From assembly GCF_009914755.1 (NCBI RefSeq), contig NC_060932.1: a stretch of DNA of 64,000 nt. One strand, 5' to 3'. Shown here piece after piece: positions 29,630-45,600 of the stretch. This stretch comes from the human T2T-CHM13v2.0 reference genome, Homo sapiens. The notes under the pieces are model-generated. The model saw only the letters and a list, made by a program, of their open reading frames with translations. It was not told where the DNA came from and ran no database searches. A program made the position numbers and the translations under genes. Positions within the stretch are counted from its first letter, which is position 1. Each line of letters opens with the position of its first letter.

Positions 29630-29820
29630 TTCTGTGCACCACAAAAATAACTTTTTAATCTCGATTTAGCACTTATGTTATCCTGTCTTGAATCATATCT
29701 AGTTATTTGTACACGTACCTTACCGTTTTACCCCTCAATTTCTCGAAAGTATTGATGTTCATTATTATGTCTCTGACACCTAGCACATGGTGCCTGGTAT
29801 ATAGCAAACGTTGCTTAATT
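29630..29820 (+). mobile_element. L2 fragment
   Basis: tagcacttat...ttatttgtacacgt...cctagcacatggtgcctggtatatag. Confidence 0.5.
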
Positions 29821-30534
29821 ATTGCATACTATAGAAGAAATAACTTTTACTTTATAAAAAGGCAGACTAATTTAAGAGGCTTATGTGCATCTGGTGCTAT
29901 ATGGAGATATATTTAAAATTTCTTGTGTTTTAAGAATTAAATTAAAAGATGTTCTTAATGCATATAGGTGAGGAGAAGGGTTGGAGTGAGATGAGCTACC
30001 AGGAGAAAGACTTGCCTGGTTATTCCATACACTGGAAATGAAGAAGAGCTGGAAGCAATCCAGCACGACTAACTTGGTGGGCGTCCCAAACAGAGGTACA
30101 TTAGAAGTAAACAAAAGGTTTTCACTGTTAGGTTGACCTGTGCCTCCTTAAAGAGCTTCAGGTAGCAAGACCTCTAGGATCATTTCAACAATCCTTGTTC
30201 CCTAAAGCAGCTAGGGCAGATCCTAGATTATATAGGGACTTAGTCAAGCATCTCTGTAACTAGACACAGTCTTCACAACCTGCTAACTCAACAACAAAGG
30301 ATAGGGGTTTGTGGTAACTCTTCCTCCAGACCATAGAGACTGCTAGGAGAAGGAAGGATTGAAAATTTAAAACAAGGTAGCTTCAAACTCAAGGAAGTTG
30401 AGATTTTGTAGTAAGTTCAGTGCATGGACTTTATTGTCTGACAAATCTTGGTTGAACATCATTCTACTACTTAGTAGATTTTGACCTAAAGCAAGTTTAT
30501 TGTCTTCTTTTCTTCATCTAGAAAATAAAATGAT

Positions 30535-30851
30535 GGCCGGGCGCAGTAGCTCACTCCTGTAATCCCAGCACATTGGGAGGCTGAGGTAGGTGGATCACCT
30601 GAGGTCAGGAGTTCAAGACCAGCCTGGCCAACATGGTCAAACCCCATTTCTACTAAAAAAAATATACAAAAATTAGCTCGGTGTGGTGGCAGGCACCCAT
30701 AATCCCAGCTACCAGGGGACGCTGAGGCAGGAGAATTGCTTGAACCCAGGAGGCGGAGGTTGCAGTGATCAAAGATCATGCCATTGCACTCTAGCTTGGG
30801 AGACAAGAGTGAAACTCTGTCTCAAAAAAAAGAAGAAAAAAGAAAAGAAAA
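30535..30851 (+). mobile_element. AluS (Sq/Sx-like) SINE
   Basis: ggccgggcgcagtagctcac...gacaagagtgaaactctgtctc plus A-rich tail. Confidence 0.93.
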
Positions 30852-30884
30852 GACATCTGGCACAAAGCATGAAATAGTGACTTT

Positions 30885-31183
30885 TTTTTCTTTTTTCTTT
30901 TTAACGGAGTCTCGCTCTGTCACCCAGGCTGGAATGCAGTAGCGCTGTCTCCCCTCACTGAAAGCTCCGCCTCCTGGGTTCACGCCATTCTCCTGCCTCA
31001 GCCTCCTGAGTAGCTGGGATTACAGGAGCCCGCCACCACGCCCGGCTAATTTTTTTGTATTTTTTAGTAGAGACGGGGTTTCATCGTGTTAGCCAGGATG
31101 GTCTCGATCTCCTGACCTCGTGATCCGCCCGCCTCGGCCTCCCAAAGTGCTGGGATTACAGGCGTGAGCCACCATGCCCGGCC
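30885..31183 (-). mobile_element. AluY SINE
   Basis: CpG-rich with Y diagnostics; perfect TSD gaaatagtgacttt at 30871-30884 and 31184-31197. Confidence 0.95.
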
Positions 31184-32021
31184 GAAATAGTGACTTTAAG
31201 TAGCTGTCAACTCACACGCAAAGCCCCAATCAATTTAAATTGCAAGATAGGGCTCAGCTTAGCAGCCAGATGATATTGATGAACTGGGCCTGAATAGAGA
31301 GCTATCCGGAAGGAATGGGCTCCAAAAAAGGCAAGTGTGTCTTTTTCATTTCAGCCTGTTCTCTAAACCAGAGAGAAAGAATTGCTGAGAAAGACATATG
31401 GCCTAGGCAGTCCTGGCATGCTGTAGATGGTCCTGGGAGATTGCATATGCTAATCTTCTCATTAAAGGAAGTAAAACAACACCTAAGTATCTGTTTTAGC
31501 ATTTATATCTTCATAGATGTTTTTAAATACAGTGCCAAAAAAAAAATACTTTGTCATATTATGTTTCCCAAAATTTTGCAAGCTTTAATTCCCTTACCTC
31601 ATATTATAAACAAACAACATTGCGTTGTTAACTAGATTGCATTCCTGCAATCAGACTTTTCCAAGCAGTGATAATGATGATGATGATGATGACAACGGCA
31701 AAAACTTATTCTGTAGGGCAATAAACTGAGTATGTTTTTATTATGAATCTGTAGTCTCTTGAGCCTAACCCTAACCCTAATTTCTGTTGAAGATAGTAAC
31801 TTTCATCTTTGGGCACTTACTGTGTTTCAAGCATTGTAGTAGGCCCATTTTACATCTCTGTAATGAATCACATGCCATTAAGAAGCACACACAATTCAGC
31901 ACTCAGATGAAAAGGAATTTTCTTCTTTGGGAAGTTTTATTTCAGAATATGACACTTTCTATGACATCCTCACATGTGAAGGATGAAAGAGAAGAATAGG
32001 TAGGAAGCTAGGTTCATATCC

Positions 32022-32180
32022 TAGAACTGCTAGCTAAAATATAAAACATCCCAGTGAAATTTGAATTTCAAAAAAAAAATGAATGATTTTTAGTATAAGG
32101 ATGTCCCAAATATTGCATGAGACATCCATAAACTAAAAAAGAAGTGTTGTTTATCCGAAATTCAAATTTAACTAGGTTAT
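32022..32180. mobile_element. MER53 palindromic MITE
   Basis: ccagtgaaatttgaatttc...tttttagtataaggatgtcccaaatattgcatgagacatcc...actaaaaaa...gaaattcaaatttaactagg inverted structure. Confidence 0.8.
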
Positions 32181-32820
32181 ATTGTTTGCTTGTTTAAAAG
32201 CCATCAAATTATCTAATAAAACTAGCAAAACTAAAGGACAAAATACGGCAAAAATAGTCTTCCTCCAGCCTGTGTTTAGCTGAAGTGAGCTGTTTGTAGA
32301 AGGCATATGGCTGAGTCATTTTTTAAAATAAACTTTTTATTTTGGAACAGCTTTAGGGGAACTGGGAAGATGGTACAGAGAGTTTCTATATAGCCCACAA
32401 TGAGTTCTCCCCATTACTCTATGAATATGGCATCTTCGTTACAATTAATGCACCAATATCAATAAATTAGTATTATCTAAGGTCCATAATCTATTCAGAT
32501 TTCCTTTGTTTTAACCTAAGGCTCCTTTTATGTTCCAGGATCCTATCTAGTACATCACACCATGTTACATTTAGTCATCTTGTATAAGACTTCTCTTGCC
32601 TGTGACAGTTTCACACAGAGTTCCATCCTTTTGATGACTTTGAAATTGTTAAGGAATGTTGTTCAGATATTTTGTAAAATGTCACCTAATTAAGATTTAT
32701 ATGATAGTTTTCTCATGATTAGACTAGGGTAATGTGTTTTAGGGAGGAAGACCCCAGAAGCAGAGTGCCTTTTTCATCCCATGATATTAAGGAGACATGC
32801 TATCAAAATGACTTACCACT

Positions 32821-33680
32821 GGGTTTATTTTTTCTGTTCTTATTTTAACTTATATTTTAGGCTCGAGGGTGCATGTGCAGATTTGTTATACAGGTTAACT
32901 CGTGTCACAGGGGTTTGTTGCACAGATTATTTTACCACACAGGTATGAAGCCTAGGACCCAATACTATTTTTTCTGCTCCTCTTCCTTCTCCCACCCTCC
33001 ACCCTCAGGTAGACCCCAGTGTCTTTTGTTCCCTTCTTTGTGTTCATGAGTTCTCCTCATTCAGCTCCCACCTTATATGTGACAGCATTTGGTATTTGGT
33101 TTTCTGTGCCTGTGTTACTTTGCTAAGGATAATAACCTCCAGCTCCATCCATGTTCCTGCTAACAACATGATCTTGTTCTTTTTTAATGGCTGCATAATA
33201 TGCCATGGTGTATATGTACCACATTTTCTTTACCTAATGTCATTGATTGGCATTTAGGTTGATTCCATGTCTTTGCTATCGTGAATAGTGCTGCAATGAA
33301 CATACACATGCATGTATCTTTATGGTAGAATGATTTATATTCCTTTGGGTATGTATCCAGTAATGGGATTGCTGGGTTGAATGGTAGTTCTGCTTTTAGC
33401 TCTGTGAAGAATCACCATACTGCTTCCACAATGGTTGAACTAATTTACACTCCCACTGTTAGTGGGAGTGTAAACTAGTTTCTCTGCACCCTCGCCAGCA
33501 TCTGTAATTTTCTTTAAGTTCCTTATAGATGCTGGATGTCAGATGCATTGTTTGTGAATATTTTCTCCCATTCTGTAGGTTGTCTGTTTACTCTGTTGGT
33601 AGTTTCTTTTGCTGTTCAGAAGCTCTTAAGTTTAATTAGATCCTATTTGTTGATTTTTGCTTTTGTTGTGTTTACTTTTG
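32821..33680 (-). mobile_element. L1PA13-15-type 5'-truncated element
   Basis: gcatgtgcagatttgttatacagg...cacagattatttt 3' end; TSD gacttaccact at 32810-32820 and 33681-33691. Confidence 0.85.
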
Positions 33681-36600
33681 GACTTACCACTATTGATATT
33701 AGCCTTGATCATCTGACTGAGGTAGAATTTGTCAGTGTCTCCTACTATAAAATTATCCTTCCCCCCAACTCCTATAGATCTTGTTTTTTTCTTCTTCTTC
33801 TTCTTTTTTTAAATGCTCTGTCAATCTTTTAATTGTTTTATTTAGGTTATTTACTTTTGATGTAATTATTGATATTTAAGGCAAAGTCTGCCATTTTTTA
33901 AAATTTTTGGTTCTGTTTTTCCTTTCCTGGTTTTCATTTTCCTGCCATCCTATGGACAACACAAGCAGTGTTTAGCATTTAATGTTAATTTATCTATAAT
34001 TTTTAAGTGTATCTCTTTGTAAAGCAGTTGTACTGGTTGCTCTAGGCGTTACATTATGAATAACTTATTGCAATCCACTGGTGCCAATATTTTACCAATT
34101 CGAGTGTGGAAAACTTCCTTGCTTTTATATCCTTTAGTATCCCCAATTTATAATATAATCCATTTTAAATATTTCCCCTACATACATCGACAACAACACT
34201 ACATGGTTTTATAATTTTTACTTCAACCATCAAACATAACTTAGAAAGCTCAGGAGGAGAAGGACAACATATTGTGTTTACTCATATTTTTGTTCTTTCT
34301 TCTAAATTTGTATTTTTCCTTCTTTACGACATTCCAAGATTTCTTTTTAAAAAAATTTAATTTTAGGTTCAGGGGTATATATGCAGGTTTGTTATATAGG
34401 TGAATTGTGTCATGGGCGTTTGGAGTACAGATTATTTCATCACCCAGGTAAGAAGCATAAGTACCCGATGGATAGTTTTTCCATCCTTACCCCCCTCCCA
34501 ACCTCCATGCTCAAGTAGGGTCTGGGATCTGTTTTTTCTTTCTTTGTGTTCATGTGTACTTAATGCTTAGCTCCCACTTAGGTTTACTGTTCCTGTGTTA
34601 GTTTGCTTCGGATAATGGCCTCCAGCTGCATCAATGTTCCTGCAAAGGACATGATCTCATTTTTTTATGGCTGCGTAGTATTTCGTGGTGTATATGTACC
34701 ACATTTTCTTTATCCATCCTACCATTGATGGGCAGAAAGGTGGATTCCATGTCTTTGCCACTGTGAGTAGTGCTATGAACATACACATTTATGTTTCTTT
34801 ATGGGAGAATTTCTATTCCTTTGGGTATATACCAGTAATGGAACAGCTGGGTCAAATGGTAGTTCTGTTTTAAGATCTTTGAGAAATATTCAAATTGCTT
34901 CCCACAATGGCTGAACTAATTTACATTCCCACCAGCAGTGTATAAGTGTTCTCATTTCTCTACAACCTCATCAGCTTCTGTTATTTTTTGACTTTTTAAT
35001 AATAGTCATTCTGACTGGTATAAGATGGTATCTCATTGTGGTTTTGATTGGCATTTCTCTAATGATTAGTGATGTTGATAATTTTTATATGCTTGTTGGT
35101 CACATATATGTCTTCTTTTAAAAATATCTGTTCATGTCTTTTGCCGACTTTTTAATGGAGTTGTTTGTTTGTTGCTTTTTAATTTGTTTAAGTTCTTTAT
35201 AGATTCTGGATATTAGATCTTTGTTGGATTCAGAGTTTGCAAATATTTTCTCCCATTCTGTAGATTGTCTGTTTACTCTGTTGATAGTTGATTTTGCTGT
35301 GCAGAAGCTCCTTGGTTTAATTAGGTCTCATTTGTCAATTTTTGTTTTTGTTACACTTGCTTTTGGTGTCTTAATCATTAAATCTTTGCTGGGGCCTATG
35401 TCCAGAATAGTATTGCCTGTTATCTTCCAGGGTTTTTATAGTTTTGGATTTTATATTTAGGTCTTTAATTCATTTTGAGATGATTGTTGTATATGGTGTA
35501 AGGAAAAGGTCCAGTGTCAATATTCTGCATATGGCTAGCCAGTTTTCCCAGCACCATTTATTGAATAGGGAGTCTTTCTCCATTGCTTGTTTTTGTTGAC
35601 TTTGTCAAAGATCAAATGGTTGTAGGTGTGCAGCATGATTTCTGGGCTCTCTATTCTGTTCCATTGGTCTATATGTATGTTTTTGTACCAGTACCATGCT
35701 GTTTTAGTTACTGTAACCTTGTAGTATAGATTGAAGTCAGGTAATGTGATGCCTCCATCTTTGTTCTTTTTGCTTAGGATTGCTTGGTTATTCTGGCTTT
35801 TTGTTGTTGTTGTTGTTGTTCCATATGAGTTTTTAAATATTTTTTTCTAATTCTGGGAAGAATGTCATTGGTAGTTTGATAGGAATAACATTAAATCTGT
35901 GAATTGCTTTGGGCAGTATGGCCATTCTAACAATACTGATTCCTCCTATTCATTAACATGGAATATTTTCCCATTAGTTTGTGTCATCTCTGTTTTCTTT
36001 CAGCAAAGTTTTGTAATTCTCATTATAGAGCTCTTTTACCTCCCTGGTTAGCTGTATTACTAGGTATTTTATTTTTTGTGTGGCTATTGTGAATGGGATT
36101 GTTTTCTTAATTTGGCTCTCAGCTTGGGCATTGTTGGTGTATAGAAATGCTGCTATGTTTTGTAGATAAAAAGCAAGTGTAACAAAAACAAAAATTGACA
36201 AATGAGATCTAATTAAATCAAGGAGCTTCTGCACAGCAAAATCAACTATCAACAGAGTAAATCCCTCTCTTCCTATTTTGATGCCTTCTATTTTTTTTTC
36301 TTTTGCCTGATTGCTCTACCTAGGACTTCCAGTCCTATGCTGAATAGGAGTGGTAAGACAGGGCATCCTAGTCTTATTCCAGTTTTCAAGCAGAATGCTT
36401 TCAGCTTTTGCCTATCCAGTATGATGTTGGCTGTGGGTTTGTCAGAGATGGCGCTTATTATTTTGAAGTATGTTCCTTCAATGCTTACTTTGCAGCAGAT
36501 TTTTAACATGAAGGAATGTTGAATGTTATCAAAAGTCTTTTCTGCATCTATTGAAATGATTATGTGGTTTTTATTTTTAGTTCTGTTTATGTAATGAATC

Positions 36601-36765
36601 ACACTTACTGATTTGCATACGTTGAACCAACCTTGCATCCTATGGATAAAGCCTACTTGATTGTGGTGGGTTAGCTTTTTGACATGCTACTGGATTTGGT
36701 TTGCTAGTATTTTGTAAGACAATTTTTGCCTTAGTGTTCATTAATGATATTGGTCTGAAGTTTTC

Positions 36766-37073
36766 TTTTTTTTTTTTTTTTTTTTGTGAGATAGAATTTC
36801 GCTCTTGTTGCCCAGGCTGGAGTGCATTGGAGTGATCTCAGCTCACTGCAACCTAGGTTCCACCTCCCAGGTTCAAGTGATTCTCCCGCCTCAGGCTCCT
36901 GAGTAGCTGGGATTACAGGCCCACACCACCACGCCTGGCTAATTTTCATATTTTTAGTAGAGATGAGGTTTCACTATGTTGGCCAGGCTGGTTTCAAACT
37001 CCTGACCTCAGGTGATCTCTCACCTTGGCCTCCCAACGTGCTAGGATTATAGGTATGAACTACTGTGCCTGGT
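36766..37073 (-). mobile_element. AluS (Sq-like) nested in L1
   Basis: T-tract then tttcgctcttgttgcccaggctgg; flanks ggtctgaagtttt and ggcctgaatttt. Confidence 0.9.
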
Positions 37074-37810
37074 GGCCTGAATTTTGTTGTTGTTGTTGTG
37101 TCTCTGCTGAGTTTTGGTATCAGCATGATGCTAGCCTCATAGAATGAGTTAGGAAGGATTCCCTCCTCCTCAAGTTTTTGGAATAGTTTCCATAAGAATG
37201 GTACCAGCTCTTCTTTATACATACAGTAAAATTCAGCTGTGAATCTGTCTAGTCCTAGGCTTTTTCTTGTTGGTAGGATTTTCATTACTGATTCAATTTT
37301 GGTACTCATTATTGTTTTGTTCAGGAATTCAATTTCTTTCTCATTTAATCTTGGGAGGTTGTATGTTTCCAGAAACTTATTGATTTCTTCTAGTTTTTCT
37401 AGTTTGTTTGCATAGAGATATTCATAGTAGACTCTGAGGGATTTTTGTATTTCTGTGGGGTCCGGGGTACTGTCCCCTTTGCCATTGTGTAATGCTCTTG
37501 TGTTCATTTAGATCTCTGTTTTTTTTCTTTGCAGCTAGCTAGCTGTCTATCTTATTTAATCTTTGAAAGAAATAAGTCCTGGATTCATTGATCTTTTTTT
37601 ATTATTATTATACTTTAAGTTATAGGGTACATGTGCACAATGTGCAGGCTTGTTACTTATGTATACATGCTCCATGTTGGTGTGCTGCACCCATTAACTT
37701 GTCATTTACATTACCTATATCTCCTAATGCTATCCCTCCCCCATCCCCCCACCCCACAACAGGCCCCTGTGTGTGATGTTCCCCTTCCTGTGTCCAAGTG
37801 TTCTCATTGT

Positions 37811-41615
<3,805 letters not shown>

Positions 41616-41677
41616 ATGATGTTAGCTGGTTATTTTGCTCATTAGTTGATGCAGTTTCTTCCTAGCATTGATGGTCT

Positions 41678-42692
41678 TTACAATTTGGCATGTTTTTGCA
41701 GTGGCTGGTACTGGTTTTTCCTTTCCATGTTTAGTGTTTCCTTCAGGAGCTCTTGTAGGGCAGGCCTGGTGGTGACAAAATCTCTCATCTTTTGTTTGCC
41801 TGTAAAGGATTTTATTTCTCCTTCACTTATGAAGCTTAGTTTGGCTGGATAGGAAATTCTGGATTGAATATTCTTTTCTTTAAGAACGTTGAATATCGGC
41901 CCCCACTCTCTTCTGGCTTGTAGAGTTTCTACCGAGAGATCAGCTGTTATTCTGATGGGCTTCCCTTTGTAAGTAAGCCAACCTTTCTCTCTGGCTGCCC
42001 TTAACATTTCTTCCTTCATTTCAACTTTGGTGAATCTGAAAATTATCTTTCTTGGAGTTGCTCTTCTCAAGGAGTATCTTTGTGGCATTCTCTGTATTTC
42101 CTGAATTTGAATGTTTGCCTGGCTTGCTAGGTTGGGGAATTTCTCCTGGATAATATCCTGCAGAGTGTTTTCCAACTTGGTTCCATCCTCCCTGTCACTT
42201 TCAGGTACACCAATCAGACGTAGACTTGGTCTTTTCACATAGTCCCATATTTCTTGGAGGCTTTGTTCATTTCTTTTTATTCTTTTTTCTCTAAATTTCT
42301 CTTCTTGCTTCATTTCATTCATTTGATCTTCAATCACTGATACCCTTTCTTCCAGTTGATCGAATCAGCTACTGAAGCTTGTGCATTCGTCACATGTTCT
42401 TGCGCCACGTTTTTCAGCTCCATCAAGTCACTTAGGGACTTCTCTTTATTGGTTATTCTAGTTAGCCATTCATCTAATCTTTTTTCAAGGTTTTTAGCTT
42501 GTTTGCGATGTTTGAACTTCCTCCTTTAGCTCGGAGAAGTTTGATCTTCTGAAACCTTCTTCTCTCAACTCATCAAAGTCATTCTCCATCCAGCTTTCTT
42601 CTATTGTTGGCAAGGAGCTGCATTCCTTTGGAGGGGGAGAGGTGCTCTGATTTTTAGAATTTTCAGCTTTTTCTGCTCTGTTTTTTCCCCAT
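41678..42692 (-). pseudogene. Disrupted L1 ORF1p
   Basis: 219-aa C-terminal ORF (RNEQSLQEIWDYVKRP...YPAKLSF...QKHAKL); N-terminus out of frame. Confidence 0.9.
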
Positions 42693-45600
42693 TTTTATGG
42701 TTTTATCTACCTTTGGTCTTTGATGATGGTGATGTACAGATGGGGTTTTGGTGTGGATGTCCTTTCTGTTTGTTAGTTTTCCTTCTAACAGTCTGGACCC
42801 TCAGCTGCAAGTCTGTTGGAGTTTGCTGGAGGTCCACTCCAGACCGTTTGCCTGGGTGTCAGCAGTGGAGGCTGCAGAATAGCAAATATTGCTGAACAGC
42901 AAATGTTGCTGCCTGATTGTTCCTCTGGAAGCTTTGTCTCAGAGGGGTACCTGGCCGTGTGAGTTGTCAGTCTGCTCCTACTGGAGGATGCCTCCCAGTT
43001 AGGCTACTCGGGGTTCAGGGACCCACTTGAGGAGGCAGTCTGTCCATTCTCAGATCTCAAACTCCATGCTAGGAGAACCACTACTCACTTCAAAGCTGTC
43101 AGACAGGGATATTTAAGTCTGCAGAGGTTTCTGTTGCCTTTTGTTTGGCTATGCCTTGCCACCAGAGGTGGAGTCTACAGAGGCAGGCAGGCCTCCTTGA
43201 GCTGAGGTGGGCTCCACTTGGTGAGAGCTTCCTGGCTGCTTTGTTTAGCTACTCAAGTCTCAGCAATGGTGGGCACCCCTCCCCCAGCCTTGCCACCACC
43301 TTGCAGTTCGATCTCAGTTTGCTGTGCTAGCAATGAGCGAGGCTCCATGGGCATGGGACCTCTGAGCCATGCATGGGATATAATCTCCTGGTGTGCCAGT
43401 TTCTAAGACCATTGGAAAAGTGCAGTATTGGGGTGGGAGTGGCCTGATTTTCCAGATGCTGTCCATCTCCACTTTCCTTGGCTAGGAAAGGGAATTCCCT
43501 GACCCCTTCACTTCCTGGGTGAGGCAATGCCTTGCCCTGCTTCGGCTCATGCTCGGTGGGCTTCACCCACTGTCTTGCCTGCACTGTCTGACAAGCCTCA
43601 GTGTGATGAACCTGGTACCTCAGTTGGAAATGCAGAAATCACCCGTCTTCTGTGTCACTCACACTGGGAGCTGTAGACTGGAGCTGTTCCTATTTGGCCA
43701 TCTTGGAACCGCCCCCTCTTATTGTTCTTTTGTATGCTTTTTCAGGTCTTAGTTTCATTTAGTTCAGCTCTGATTTTGGTTATTTCTCCTCTTCTGCTAG
43801 CTTTGGGGTTGGTTTGCTCTTGTTTTTCTAGTTCCTCTAGGTGTAATGTTAGGTTGTTAATTTGAGATTTTTCTAACTTTTTGAGGTGGATGTTTAGTGC
43901 TGTAAACTTCTCTATTAACACTGCTTTAGCTGAGTCCCAGAGATTCTGTTGTGGTTTATCCTTGTTTTCATTAGTGTCAAAGAATTTCTTGATTTCTGCT
44001 TCCATTTAATTGTTTACTCTAAATAATTCAGTAATATATTGTTTTGTTTCCTTGTAATTGTATGATTTTAAGCCATCTTTTTGGTATTGATTCTATTTTT
44101 ATTGTGCTGTGGTTCAAGATTGTGGTTGGTGTGATTTCCTTTTTTTTTTTTTTTTGCTTTTGCTGAGAATTGTTTTATGGCTGGTTGTGTGGTTAATTTT
44201 AGAGTAAGTGTCATGTGTATATGAGAAGAATGTATATTCTGTTGTTTTGTGGTGGAGAGTTCTGTAGGTGTCTGTTAGGCCCATTTGTTCAAGTGTTGAG
44301 TTCATGTCCTGATTATCTTTGTTAGTTTTCTGCCTTGATGATCTGTCTAATACAGTCAGTGGGATGTTGAAATCTCCCACTATTATTGTGTAGTTATCTA
44401 AGTCTCTTTATAGGTCTTTAAGAACTTGTTTTATAAACTTGGGTGCTCTTGTGTTGGGTGCATACATATTTAAGATAGTTAGGTCTTCTTGTTGAATTGA
44501 ACCCTTTGCCATTGTGTAATGCCTTTCTTTATCTTTTTTGATCTTTGTTGATTTAAAGTGTGTTTCATATGAAATGAGAATAGCAACCCCTGACTTTACT
44601 GTGTTTCCATTTGCTTGTATTTTTCTTCATTCTTTTACTTTGTGCCTAGGGGTGTCATTGCATGTGAGATGGGTCTCTTGAAGACAACATACAGTTGGAT
44701 CTTGCTTCTTTATCCAGCTTGCCACTCTGTGTCTTTTAATTGGGGCATTTAGCCTGTTTACATTCAAGGTTAATATTTATATGTGCAGATTTGATCTTGT
44801 CATTGTGTTGTTAGCTGGTTATTATGCAGACTTAATTGTGTGGTTGCTTCATAGTGTCAACCATACAGTTTATGTACTTGCTTGTTTTTGTGATGGTTGG
44901 TAACGATCTTTCCTTTCCATATTTAGCACTCCCTTCAGGACCTCTTGTAAGGTAGCTCTGGTAGTAACAAATTCCTTTAGCATTTGCTTGTCTGAAAAGG
45001 ATTTTATTTCTCCTCTGCTTATGAAGCTTAGTTTGATAAGAAATCCTTGGTTTGACTTTCTTTTCTCTAAGAATGCTGTATATAGGCCCCCAATCTCTTC
45101 TGGCTTGTAGAATTTCTGTTGAATATTCCACTGTTAGCCTGATGAGGTTCCCTTTATAGGTCAGCTGGCCCTTCTTTGTAGTTCCTTTAATATTTTTTCT
45201 TTCATTTTGACCTTGGAGAATCTGATGCCTTGTGTCTTGGGGAAGATCATCCTGTACAGCATCTTGCAGGATTTCTCTGTATTTCTTGAATTTTAATCTT
45301 GGACTCTCTAACAAGGTTGGGGAAATTTTCATGGATTATATCCTGAAATTTGTTTTACAAATTGTATTTTTCTCTCTGTCTCTTTTAGGAACACCAGTGA
45401 GACATAGATTTGGTTTCTTTACATAATCCCATATTTCTTGGAAGTTTTGTTCACTCTTTTTAAATATTTTTTTATCTTTTATTCATTTTTGTCTAACTGA
45501 GTTATTTCAGAGAACTGGTCTTCAAGCTCTGAGATTCTTTCCTCAATTTGGTCTATTCTGCTGTTAATACTTGTGATTGTATTATGAAATTCTTTTGGTG

